Assembly (NCBI GenBank): GCA_951406725.2
Contig: OX597819.1
Location: 22,754,001 to 22,818,000 of the forward strand
DNA length: 64,000 nucleotides
Direction of reading: 5' to 3'
Origin: Octopus vulgaris
Lineage: Eukaryota
Shown here: one piece after another, positions 29,220-42,737 of the stretch
Layout of the letters: each line of letters opens with the position of its first letter
Position numbering within the stretch: position 1 is the stretch's first letter
Position numbers and translations under genes: made by a program
The notes under the pieces: model-generated
Database searches by the model: none
What the model was told of the DNA's origin: nothing
The model's input: only the letters and a program-made list of their open reading frames with translations

Positions 29220-29521
29220 TATCCAACCAACACTTCCAAAATTTTCAGAGCCGAATGTGAATACAGTATTCAAACCCTATACCCACGTGTGTGCTGCGAG
29301 CAATACCGCAGAAAACTGCAGTATTCTATCATGGAGTAAATTATAACTTTAAATTTGTAATAGAAGGGAATTGTTTTTCTCTTTGCCTTCCTAAAAAAGT
29401 ATGTTTACCGTCATGGAGATTCTTATAGTAGTAGAAAAGGAATTTTTAACTCCTTTTTCTAATTTCGGTATGTGGTGAAGCAGTTAGCTGAACCCTAATT
29501 ATAATTACATGTATATATACA

Positions 29522-29582
<61 letters not shown>

Positions 29583-29644
29583 GTATGTGTGTGTGTATGT
29601 TTTTATATATGTATGTGTATATATATATATATATATATACATAC

Positions 29645-29726
<82 letters not shown>

Positions 29727-29727
<1 letters not shown>

Positions 29728-30108
29728 GAGGCGCAATGGCCCAGTGGTTAGGGCAGCGGACTCGCGGTCATAGGATCGCGGTTTCGATTCCCAGACCGGG
29801 TGTTGTGAGTGTTTATTGAGCGAAAACACCTAAAGCTCCACGAGGCTCCGGCAAGGGGATGGTGGTGATCCCTGCTGTACTCTTTCGCCACAACTTCTCT
29901 CACTCTTACTTCCTGTTTCTGCTGTACCTGTATTTCAAAGAGCCGGCCTTGTCACTCTCTGTGTCACGCTGAATATCCCCGAGAACTACGTTATGGGTAC
30001 ACGCGTCTGTGGAGTCCTCAGCCACTTACACGTTAATTTCACGAGCAGGCTGTTCCGTTGATTCGGATCAACCGGAACCCTCGTCGTCGTAACCGACGGA
30101 GTGCTTCC
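29727..30108 (+). mobile_element. tRNA-derived SINE family B, tRNA-Arg-like head
   Basis: ggcgcaatggcccagtggttagggcagcggactcgcggtc...ggtttcgattccc (A and B boxes); near-identical to 52617-53001 on the other strand. Confidence 0.88.
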
Positions 30109-30154
30109 ACAATATATGTGTATATATATATGTATGTATATATGTATGTATGTT

Positions 30155-30238
<84 letters not shown>

Positions 30239-30265
30239 TGTATGTATTCGTTTCAGCTCATAGCG

Positions 30266-30326
<61 letters not shown>

Positions 30327-32228
30327 GGAAAACGAAAAGAAAACCGCGCATCTCTGTTCATTTAATTAGAGTAAGGTGAAACAAAAAAGGAAAAGTAGGA
30401 GTAATTACTTCTGCTTCTCCTCTTTTGATTAACCTTCCTCTAATTAAATATTCTAAATGACCGGAGATGCTCGTCCTGCCTCGGTTTTGGTTTCCTTTTC
30501 TCTTAGGTCGTCTTTGCCTCTCATCCTTTCGGAGTCGATAAATTAAGTACCAGTTGCGCACTGGGTTTGATCTAATCGACTGAACCCTACCAAAAAATTT
30601 CCCTTTTGAAATACAGATATATGTCTATTTCTGCCAGCTGTGTGGATTCGTACAACCTAAAATAAAATACTCTGCTCAGGCCGGGTATCGAACTCACGAC
30701 CGTACGATTGTGAACCGAATACCACGCGTATGCTTTGACACACACATCTCTCTCTAACTTTAGGTATAATCATTTATTTATATATATTCATATACACAGA
30801 ACGAGAGAGACAGAGACAGTGATTTCTCGAGTTATTTCCTGTGGGAAATTATAAACTTGAGAGAAACCAGAATATGTTCCTAATTATAATAAAATCAGCT
30901 GCACTGATATTATATACGTAATTTCCTTTAAAAACTAAGTGCTTAAGCCAACGTGATACAATATATTCTACACTTTTACTTACCTTCTGAACTTGATGAT
31001 GATTACGTTTGGGATGTAGAATGATATAAGTTAATTTCAAACGCTTGGAGAAAATACATTGCGGCTGACAACAGCTGTTAGTTTTGTTCTCTGATAAATA
31101 TTATTGAAGTTTTACCGAATGTCGCAACTTCGTCTGAGTTTTGTTATTTGATTTATGATAAGTCATAAATTGCTAAGACACAATATTACAAAGCACCCGA
31201 TATCATCTCATTTCTTGCATATCTATGTTCCAGTGTAATCGCCAGCAAGATATAGTTCCAAATAACGATGAAATATATTCGTAAATGTCTTGCAAACAAC
31301 TTGCACATGCAAGTGCTACCAGTCAAAAGTTCCGTATACCGGAAGCCAGCAAGTGTATGGGGTCATCAGGAGAGAATGCGCGCCGTTTCGGGGCCTATCA
31401 CTCGACGGCATCAATGCGCACCGGCCCCCCTCACTGATATGAGGCCCCGCTTGCTAGATCAGCTGGTTGTAAAGTTAAACTCAATATCCTTCTAGCCATC
31501 GCTCATCGTCTCTTTTTAACCAAATCCAGTGGCTAGCCTTCTCCACTGTAGATTGGATATCAGTCATGGTGGTATTGACTTTACGATGAGTTAGGCCTAG
31601 CGATAACAACAGTTATAATAAAATATTGGAGTTGTCTTTTTGCAGCAGCTAATTTCAGTTTAACACTGTTGGAGAATTACATCGTAGTTGAAGCAATCTA
31701 GGTGTTGTTAAGGTATTGCTTTAACGTAAGAAATTATTTAAAACCTATTTCATGAGATATCAAAACCTTCGTAGCACAGCTGTAACTTGACTATTGACGC
31801 AGTTAAACTACAACTCGGAGAAATGCAATATTTTAAAAAATGACATGAATTAGAAGTAGAAGTGATGGTTTCAACATGTCATGTGGCAATTATTTTCGAA
31901 GGTAGGTGGTCTGGGTGAAGCCTTCAATATTTTTGAGTCGTTCTTGACCACCAGGTGACATAATCAGAAACTAGTTGCTGAAACTGAAGCAATTATCTTC
32001 TAGAAGATACATTCTATCAATCTATTATCCACAAATTTGTTAGATGTGCTTTAATTATACTTGAAGAGGTGCTATCATCTATCTCTCTTCATGAAGTAAC
32101 AAGTAACGGATGTTTCTTGATCTCTATATTATTCAATTGTTTTACATATGTGACACTTGGTAATAATTGGCTTCCAGTATACTAAATAATTTTACTTTTC
32201 AATCAATTGATGACTTAAAATAATGTGT

Positions 32229-32283
<55 letters not shown>

Positions 32284-32370
32284 TGTGTGTTTGTGTGTGT
32301 GTGTGCAACTAATATATGTCAATGCTTTCCTCACTATATAAACACTTCATGTAATTTCAATGTCATAACT

Positions 32371-32609
32371 AGTTCGAATATGCCAGTGATACGTTCGAAC
32401 TCGTAAACAACCTATTCACTGTGTTTTGTCATGAAGAGGAGATAACCACTCAGAAATGTTTGCATTTCACAGCCTGGATAGGTGTCGCTGCGAGCAGATT
32501 TAGGTGTATTTAGACAATTTGTCTACAGCGAGAAATGTTCTCTATCACAAAACAAATTGACTTGCTTGCTTGTTTACGAGTTCGAACATGCCACTGGCAT
32601 ATTTGAACT
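32371..32609. repeat. ~240-bp segment bounded by ~40-bp inverted repeats (MITE-like)
   Basis: agttcgaatatgccagtgatacgttcgaactcgtaaacaa vs ttgtttacgagttcgaacatgccactggcatatttgaact. Confidence 0.6.
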
Positions 32610-33041
32610 TGCATCCATACATATCCCTACTTAGCGCTTCCACCCCCGTAACTTCATTTAACGGTTCTGATAAAATTATAAGACATCGCACTAACACTCA
32701 AACATGAATGCTACGACTCTAATAACCGAAACTGTTGAAAGCTAATAAATGTGCTTACATAGCTCTTGTTTTTCAGGGGTTTTTTTTTTGTCCTTCATTT
32801 AAGAAGATTAAATATATGATAACGACCCACTCTTTAGTGGTATTCAGAAACTATCAATGAGGTCACATATTGTACATTTAGTAAGTAAGCTCTGTGCTTC
32901 TTTACTGGTTCATATAAAAGTTTGAAGTGAACATCAGCGAAGTCATACCAGCTCACAACTTAATTTAGTAACATTATGCATTATAAGTGTAATTATTTAG
33001 AGTTTTACTGCACTAGTTATTAGTCGATTCTACTATGGAAA

Positions 33042-33553
33042 TCTATATATATAAAACTGTAGTTGTGTGAGTGTCTGTCCCCTTCGATTTAGATTCCTAA
33101 CTACTCCCACATTTTGCGGTGCAGTTTAACCAAATTCGGGTATCTTATAGTCGTGATTCATATCGAGCCCGTCTGAGTATTAGCGCGCGTCTAGGATGAG
33201 TCTACGATTTTAAAAATAATTTAACATCATTTTTTATTCCATTTTAATGCATAATTTTTCGTGTGTCGATGGCGGCGGAGTTGGCGTCCACAGTCACGCC
33301 TGCACCTGTTTGCTTCTCCCCCTTCTTCCCTCCCTCGTGAAGCTGTGGGGAAGGGAGTGTAAGGAAATCAACGTCGTAAAGCGTTGTCAAGGAGACCAGC
33401 GTTCTTTTAGAACAACGACTTCATGGCTTGAAGACACCAAAACAGAAATGGCTAAGAAAGCCCGAATTGGCATCTATAAGGGAAGTAACGCTCTAAAAAT
33501 GCTTATATAGTTATTTCCCTTACAAACCCGAGCAACGCCGGGCGATACTGCTA

Positions 33554-33554
<1 letters not shown>
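33042..33554 (+). mobile_element. Non-autonomous Helitron, 513 bp
   Basis: A|TC...cccgagcaacgccggg-cgatactg-CTAG|T; near-identical to 51115-51627; no target-site duplication. Confidence 0.88.
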
Positions 33555-33585
<31 letters not shown>

Positions 33586-33779
33586 CATTTGTTTCAATTT
33601 GATCTTCAATTTTAATTTCAGTTTTAATTTGATTTAACTTTTCGCTTCATTAGTTTGGAATTCATTGGAGGCCTATTAATTTCAATTTTAACTTTTAATT
33701 TCTTTTTAATTTTAAGCCTTTAACCTTTAAATTTTTTCGGAAGGGTTTTGTTTTTCTATTCTTTTTTTCCTGTTTAAAA

Positions 33780-33965
33780 GCAGAACCGTTAGCACAATGG
33801 ATAGAATACACACCGGTAATTTCGTCGGTCTTTACATCCTGAGTTCAAATTCCGCCGAGTTCTATTTTACTATTTAAACATTCGGGGTCGTATCAGTTGG
33901 GCACTTGGATCGATGTAATCGATTTACCGATTCCCCGAAAGTGTTGATCTTGTACCAAAATTTGA
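33780..33965 (+). mobile_element. Diverged SINE family C
   Basis: gcagaaccgttagcac...gagttcaaattccgccgag...ttcggggtcg. Confidence 0.6.
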
Positions 33966-34096
33966 TATTAACATTTAATTTTTAGGCATCAAGGTTTTTC
34001 ATTGTGTTTCGAACCCCAATACCCCTTTTTCCCCATGTCATTCCAACGCAACTGTGCGATCTATGCACCATCTTTTATATATTTATTTATTTACTA

Positions 34097-34235
34097 TTGT
34101 CCGACGATCGGGAACGTGAAACTTTGGGCAACAATTTTGTAATGATTTTGCAGCTCTAATTAAAAGTATATTACTCTACCTTTGGTATTCGGATACTATT
34201 TTCCACCTTGTTTTACACTTACATGTTCACCTGTA
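34097..34235 (+). ncRNA. Decayed CCGACGA hammerhead with pseudo-LTR flank, same family as 59625-59860
   Basis: UUGU-CCGACGA-UCG-GGAA-CGU-GAAA-CUUUGGG-CA-ACAA; downstream flank is the reverse complement of ~59628-59720. Confidence 0.45.
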
Positions 34236-34243
34236 TATATATG

Positions 34244-34318
<75 letters not shown>

Positions 34319-34680
34319 GTGGGGGGAAATCAAGGTTGAAAATGCTAAAATAATTTTATAAAAACCATTTAAGTATCGGTTTCGGTCATTGAGACTTTTT
34401 CAACTGTTAGTATGGAAGACAATTAAATTTTGGAAAAATTAAATGAAAAGAATATTTGCATAGAATTCAAATACAAGTGGCATTTTCCTTGTTTCTGCCT
34501 GTCTCTGTCTCTGTCTCTCTTGTTTACTCTTGTGGGTTCGAGTCGTGTTGTGAAATCTTGGCAGAGAAGAAGAAGACGAAAAAGAAGAAGAAGAAGAAGA
34601 AGAAGAAGAAGAAGAAGAAGAAGAAGAAGAAGAAGAAGAAGAAGAAGAAGAAGACGAATGCGGTATAAATAAATAAATAA

Positions 34681-34750
<70 letters not shown>

Positions 34751-35109
34751 ACATATGTATCCTTTAACTTATAAATTTATAATTTTTTCAACCATAAAAT
34801 CTGATAATCATACCGAAAAGTGTTGTTTCCATTGTGCAATCAAATACCTAGAACGGACGTTTTCTTCCCGCTCACGGGCACGGTGTTTCGTGTTTATAAT
34901 TGATGGAGCTACGGACACCGGATTTACGACGTCTGAAGAAGTGCGGTGATCGGAGCATTGTTGACAAAGAAACTTGACGTCCTTAATATGAGCTTCCATA
35001 ATTATATCATTCAAGAAATATAGTCCTCTCTTTCCAGTAATATTGATGTTTATCTCTTTTATCGTCCAACGCCGCTTGTCAATATATATATATATATATG
35101 TGGTGGGAA

Positions 35110-35303
35110 GGCGGCGAGCTGGCAGAAACATCATCACGCCGGGTGTTTCGTCTGGTTTTACATTCTGAGTTCAAATTCCGCTGAGGTCGACTTTGCCTTT
35201 CATCTTTTCAGTGTCGATAAATCAAGTATCAGTTGCGTTCTGGGTCAATCTAATTGACTGGACCCCTTCCCCCAAAATTTCAGGCCTTAGAGTAGAAAAG
35301 AAT
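35110..35303 (+). mobile_element. SINE family C; central motif resembles the MetaSINE domain (from memory)
   Basis: ggcggcgagctggcagaa...gagttcaaattccg...gactttgcctttcatcttttc...gtcgataaa. Confidence 0.75.
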
Positions 35304-35464
35304 ATATATGTGGTGGGGAGTGCAAATAGCGGAATTTGCTGCTTAGGAGCCTAGAATTTGAGGTAATTTCCTGTGTACTCATGTGCACTAATCAACTAAG
35401 TTATTTCTACATTATTTACATTATTTACAATTGAAGGATATTTGTCCTCATCTTGTTTGTTGTT

Positions 35465-35510
35465 AACACAACGTTTCGGCTGATATACCCTCCAGCCTTC
35501 ATCAGGTGTC
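35465..35510 (-). ncRNA. Minimal type-I hammerhead ribozyme
   Basis: GACAC-CUGAUGA-A-GGCUG-GAGGGUAUAU-CAGCC-GAAA-CG-UU-GUGUU; palindromic AACGUU in place of stem III. Confidence 0.75.
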
Positions 35511-35559
35511 TTGGGTTAATTTCGAACCTGGGTTCTCATTCCTAAGGTATTTTTCAATA

Positions 35560-35634
<75 letters not shown>

Positions 35635-37289
35635 TATGTTTGACTTTTGCTTTATATTTGTACAAGTTGGCTCCAAGTCTCACCCAGAGACCTCAAGAGA
35701 CAACAGGGTTGGAAGTTCATGTTGTTGTTATGCCTAGTGTGCCATATATTTGGGGGGTGGGGATGTTGTACTAATGAATGTCTAAAAAGAAAAAAAAAAA
35801 AAAAAAGGTTTTTTTTTTTTTGTTTTTTGTTGTTTTTTTTTAAACCGAAAATTATGTTTGTTTTAAACCTTGAGATTACATAGAGAGTATTTTGCGTAGG
35901 ATATGAGCAGTTCCCATGAGCACTATCTTTTGAACTTCTGCCATTTTTGGGTTTCCTGGTATCTGAGTTAGGTAGCTATCAGCCCCTTTTGCTATCATTC
36001 CCAGGGCACCTATGACAACAGGTATTGTTTTAGTCTTCAGCTTCCACATTTTGCTGATTTCTATTTCAAGATCTTTATATTTGCTCAGTTTTTGGTAGGT
36101 CTTGACAGATACGTTTATATCGGTTGGGACAGTCATATCAATGAGGAGGCATGTTCTTTGTTTGAAGTTTTTCAATATGATGTCTGGCCTATTTGCATCT
36201 ATCTTCCTGTCAGTTTGAATGGTGAAGTTCCAGAGGAGTGAGATGTGGTCATTTTCAAGCACTGGGGTGGTTTGTGTTCCCACCAGTTTTTTTCATGGGG
36301 AAAATCCAGGTTTTTACAGATTACCCAGTGAATATATTGTGCAGCTCTATCGTGCCTGTTGAGATACTCTGTAGGCGCTAGAAGACTGCACTTGGAGACC
36401 ACATGGTCAATGGTTTCATTTTGTTGCTTGCATACACGACACGTTGGACTGCTTCTGATCTTTAATATGTTGGCCTGGTAGTTTCTTGTTGGTAGGCATT
36501 GATCTTGAGCTGCTATGATAAACCCCTCTGTTTCAGATTTTAAGCCAGAGGCCATTAGCCATTGATGGGTCAGGGCTTTGTCGATATCTGCATTATTCGC
36601 TCTCTTTGGGTATTTGCCATAGAGAGGTTTTTCTTGCCATTTATTATTCAGAATATCTAAGGCCGCAGTTTTGGCACGGGTTTTCATGCGCCTAGCTTTT
36701 TCTGTGCTTGTTTCTTGTATATCTATCTCTAATTCCGAAATTGGTTGTATTCGGAATTCACTTGAGATATTCCTTTGCCTGTTTTGTGACTGAGTATGAT
36801 GCTTTCTTGTTTTCATGTTTTGAGACAAGTTTTAGCATCCAGTCCTCAGAGTTTTTCAGGTAGGTGTCTAGGCCAATTGTAGCAATCTTCATTGTTATTG
36901 CCAGTTGCAAAAGACCACGGCCTCCCTCTTTTCTTGGCAGATAGAGTCGTTCTGTATCTGCCTTAGGGTGGTGCATTCTATGCATTGTCAACAGTTTCCT
37001 TATTTTTCTGTGGAGCTGACATATTTGCATTGTCAACAGTTTCCTTATTTTTCTGTCGAGCTGACATATTTGCATTGTCAACAGTTTCCTTATTTTTCTG
37101 TCGAGCTGACATATTGCATTGTCAACAGTTTCCTTATTTTTCTGTCGAGCTGACATATTTGCATTGTCAACAGTTTCCTTATTTTTCTGTCGAGCTGACA
37201 TATTGCATTGTCAACAGTTTCCTTATTTTTCTGTCGAGCTGACATATTTGCATTGTCAACAGTTTCCTTATTTTTCTGTCGAGCTGACA

Positions 37290-37292
<3 letters not shown>
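35635..37292 (-). mobile_element. R4/Dong-type LINE, second family, 5'-truncated, in (TAA)n
   Basis: ORFs 36758-37201 (RLYLPRKEGGRGL), 36199-36828 (CRVC...H...C, RHD) and 35876-36283 (NRPD, KLSKYKDL); TTA tracts on both sides. Confidence 0.9.
36981..37292. repeat. 7 x 44-45-bp tandem repeat at the 5' junction of the LINE
   Basis: Unit tgcattgtcaacagtttccttatttttctgtcgagctgacatat(t); starts at 36981, 37026, 37071, 37115, 37160, 37204 and 37249. Confidence 0.9.
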
Positions 37293-38673
<1,381 letters not shown>

Positions 38674-38703
38674 CATTATTATTATCATTATTCAGGCCAC
38701 TTC

Positions 38704-38744
38704 CTGATGAAGGCTGGAGTGTATATCAGCCGAAATGTTGTGTT
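38704..38744 (+). ncRNA. Hammerhead motif, inverted partner of 35465-35510, stem I 5' strand lost
   Basis: CUGAUGA-A-GGCUG-GAGUGUAUAU-CAGCC-GAAA-UG-UU-GUGUU; downstream ~50 bp also inverted relative to 35411-35464. Confidence 0.6.
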
Positions 38745-39049
38745 AACAAGAAACAGGATGAGGACAAATATCCGTCAAATGTAAATGTAAATGTACATAA
38801 TTCCTCATCTCTTAAGTATAGAACTGCAAGTTATTTCTGTCCAAAACCCACTCTTTAGTGGTACTCAAAAACTCTCAATAAGCACTTATTCTGTACCTCC
38901 ATTGAATTAAATTTTTTTAAACAATATTTCTCTTATCATTGTTAGCATAATTATTCAGCACGCTACTCCGAATATTTCGTTTTCAAATTCCATTGACAAA
39001 TTTTGATTTCTTCATTTCACATACTTAATTCTGTTTCTTCAGTCAATAT

Positions 39050-41161
39050 ATTGAACTTTCATTAAAATCAAAACTCAAAGTGTTCTTTAAGTATACCAAA
39101 GAAATTGCTTCTTTGTGTTGTAAGGTAGGGCCACACCTCCAAAAAGATGGTTCCCTTGCAGGAAACCCGACGAGGAAAAGTGAGACTCTTAATGAACAAT
39201 TAAAAATTGTTTTCACTCCACCATTACGGCACATGCAAGTCAGTAAACTTGTGGAATCGTTTACCATTACGGAGGTTAAAAGAGAAGCAGTAACAATTGA
39301 TTGCATGAACATCAATGAAGAGGATGTAATACTCGCTTGCTGGCGAAAGTAGAAATAGTAAGTATATACGAAAGTATGAATACGAAAGTATGAATACGAA
39401 AGTATACGAAAAGTATACGAAAGTATAAATAGTAAAATAGAACTCGGCGGAATTTGGACTCAGGATGTAAAGACGGACGAAATTACCGCTGTGTATTCTA
39501 TCCATTGTGCTAACGGTTCTGGTTTTAAACAGGAAAAAAAGAAAAGAAATACAGTTGCTGGCCCCGGTGGATTCCTAGCAATTCTTTTCAACTCTTGCAA
39601 AGCGAACCCTTGTAAAACCACTGCAGCTTCTTTTTCAGAGCTTCCATGTAAGTGTTAATTTCTCAGGAAAACTGTAGGAGAGAATAATATGCCCTATTCA
39701 TAAAGAAGGAAGCAGAGCAAATACTAAGTACTATAGCCATGCATCTCCGACCTCACACATCATCAAAGTCATGGAATGAATAGTTCGAAGGAAACTAAGT
39801 GCGTTCCTTGAAGAGAATGAACTGCTGACTGAAACCCAAAACAGTTTTCGACCAAGCAGAAGCTGCCTGAACAGTTCTTGCCGCACTATTACTGGGTGTT
39901 AAAAGCTGCTCAACAACTCAAATGTGGATTTAATGCAACTCGACTTCGCAAAATCCTTTGATAAAGTCGACCATGGTATGCTATATCAAATGCTCCATTA
40001 TCTCAGCATAGTCAGAAAACATGAAGAGTGGCTACATGACTTTCTATAAGATAGAAGTCGAGTAATGATGGCCAATGGTGCTACTTGCAGGGAAATGCAA
40101 ATAATGAGCGGTGTCCTGGAGGGTACTGTCTTGAGGCAACTGTTATACATAGTGGCACTCATAGACATGCCCACAGTTGCTCAGATAGCTACCCTTGCTA
40201 GCTATGCAGAAGATTCTGAAGTTTCTCCGAGGTTATAGAATCTTGGAGACGTTTCAACAGGAGTTGGACTCAATTTACAGGTGAAGTGAGGAAAATAACA
40301 TGCAGTTTGATGACAGAAAATTCCAAGCCCTGCGCTACAAACACGCGATACTGAATGAAAACAGACAGGATATACTGGCCTGGAAGGTTGCAATTCCTGA
40401 ATGAAAATCAGTCTGCGACTTGGGCATTGACATGAATAATAATGCATCTTTTTACGTGATTAGCAACAAAATGTAGCTTAGCAATATGTGGCTTAGCAGG
40501 ATAAGATGTAGCTTAGCAGGATTAGCAATAAGATGTAGACGATTGGACGGATGGATCCTTAGAACTTTCAGAACGAAAGAACAGGAAACCATGACGGTCT
40601 TCTGGGGGACATTTGTCCTCAGCCGTTTAGTTTACTGCTCCCAACTATGGTCACAATACAATTCGAAGCAATCCAGTGAAGCTACGTAAAGAAGATCGTA
40701 TCAATGCAACATGTCAATTACAGGGAGAGACTGAAAAAAGTTAAGAACCTAGAACGTAGGTGGATATGCATCTGAAAAATCCTAGAACTTTTGACATTGA
40801 AAGTTATACAAACAGTAGAACGGGGCACCATTGCATAGTACCAAAAATCCCAAAATTGCCATCAGAATACAGGTCCAGATACTGCAAAAGATTGGGCTTC
40901 AAGGACCCACAGCCCTTCAATATCCTCCCACAATGCGTGAGAGACCTACATGGAGTGGAAGTAGGCGTTTTCAAAGCAAAAATGTATGTCCTCTTGTTCA
41001 CAGTTCCGGATGAAACTACCTCGCCTCAAGAAACGCAGATGGGGGGCAGCAACATCAAACTCACTCGTTCGCAAAATGCCAAATATCAAAGTAGGTTTAG
41101 TGAAAGTATAGCAAAGCCAACGGCAGTGCCCCAGCATGGTCGCAGCTGTCTAGCTGAAACT
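39050..41161 (+). mobile_element. Decayed CR1-group LINE (RT to 3' end)
   Basis: Motifs seen across frameshifts: PIHKEGSR, SHIIKVME, DFAKSFDKVDHG, SGVLEGTVL, YAEDS, SRLVYCSQLWS. Confidence 0.8.
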
Positions 41162-41179
41162 ACACACACACACACACAC

Positions 41180-41239
<60 letters not shown>

Positions 41240-41254
41240 GCATACAAACATACA

Positions 41255-41710
41255 TAGTACGCTGAACTATTCAGAAATCTGCAGTTACTCTATCCAGATT
41301 ACAATTTCAGGTTTTTACCTGTAATTATTGGGGCCCAGGGATATGTAACACGTACCAATCTTCAGATACCAATCTGAAATACCAATCTTGAGAAATTAGG
41401 CTTCTGAAAACCAGAAAGGAGAAAGCTAATTCGAAGAATACAGATCCAATTTATCACTGGAACTGTAAAAATCTGTAAAACTTTCCAGAAGTTTAACATT
41501 TAAATATATATGAGCATGTCTAGATATGCAACTATATGCATGGGAAGACATACATAAAACAAAATATACAAATCTGCACATATACATACATACATACACA
41601 CATACGTACAAATACATACACACATACAAAAACACTTTGTTGCTGATGTCGAAATTCCAATGAAGGAGCCTTGATTCTAGGTTAGAAACCGGCTCTTCCT
41701 CTATTCCATA
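41255..41710 (+). mobile_element. REL-LINE 3' fragment, fourth family
   Basis: YAELFRNLQLLYPDYNFRFLPVIIGAQG...QIQFITGTVKICKTF; 3' UTR repeated at ~43505-43772. Confidence 0.7.
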
Positions 41711-42737
41711 GTCTTATACTGCTTTCATTCATTTAAATAGACTGAAGACAAATCTTAAACATTTTCAAACAACCGTGTCAATCCCATTGCTAAGTTAAGG
41801 CTGATGTTTGTTCTATCCACTACTATGTGTCAAACTGCTAGATTTGAATGTATACAGGGCAAGCATAAGATTAGATTTTCTTTAGACAGATGTAAACGTA
41901 CACAGACGCCGTCAGACATACGAATGCACAGGCATATACAAACACAAAAACTATCACACACATACATACATACATACATACATACATACATACATACAAA
42001 GATACATACATACATACACACACACATACACACACACACACATATAATATATATATATAAAAACTCATATGCACGCCTACACATGTATCTACATATGGTG
42101 GCTGGCCCCCTCGTTATCGAGTATGGCCATTGCACGAAGCTTAATCAATATTGTTATCGTGCAATGCCTGTGCAAGAAGATTTTTTTTATATAGTGAGGA
42201 AAGGCTGTGCACTGAGTCAATCTCACTCACTAAGCAACAACAGCCATAATCCGAAAAGAAGAACAAGTCAACATCATCGGTAACCACTGAGCCGCAGGTT
42301 TTATGTGAGAGTTATCCCAGTTACCTGAGTTACCTTCACCTAGAAGGATGCTGTAACAAAGGCTGGGAGTCCTTCACTCCCAATGGTTTAACCGCGCGAT
42401 CGGGTATTCAGTCCGATTATTTCTATGTACCCTCGCATGATACAGCCTTAAGCCATTAGAAAAAAAAAATTACACATTTATTGGATGGCCGTTCACTCTC
42501 AAGAGTTCCTCCGCCCTTTGATGGGTTTTGTTTTTCAGCCCACAGGGTGTCCAATAAACACCCTCCTCACCAAGCAAGCTTGGTGGGGTTGCCGGTTTAG
42601 TCGCCGACGGCCCGACCATGCAACAGGTTGTACTGGGTTACATGTTACCAGTAGCACTCAAAAGTGATCTGAAATATCTATATATACATATATATATATA
42701 TATATATACATACATGCGTACATACATGCATACATAC

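Larger units (their letters stand above)
28358..29507. repeat. Nested inverted repeats
   Basis: Outer arms ~28358-28495 / ~29370-29507; inner arms ~28770-28916 / ~28929-29068. Confidence 0.85.

Noticed and set aside
29727-29800. tRNA-Arg-like gene
   Set aside because: It continues into a ~380-bp dispersed repeat, so it is a SINE head; I could not form a proper acceptor stem.
34928-34981. GACGU-CUGAAGA...GAAA-CUUG-ACGUC hammerhead-like string
   Set aside because: Stem I is good but stem II and the NUH site are not convincing; at best a decayed copy.
36981-37292. Regular 45-bp array as a possible CRISPR
   Set aside because: There are no unique spacers, and the unit is LINE coding sequence.
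42097-42670. GC-moderate segment resembling a LINE 5' UTR or structured RNA
   Set aside because: It has no second copy in the window and I could not demonstrate a fold.
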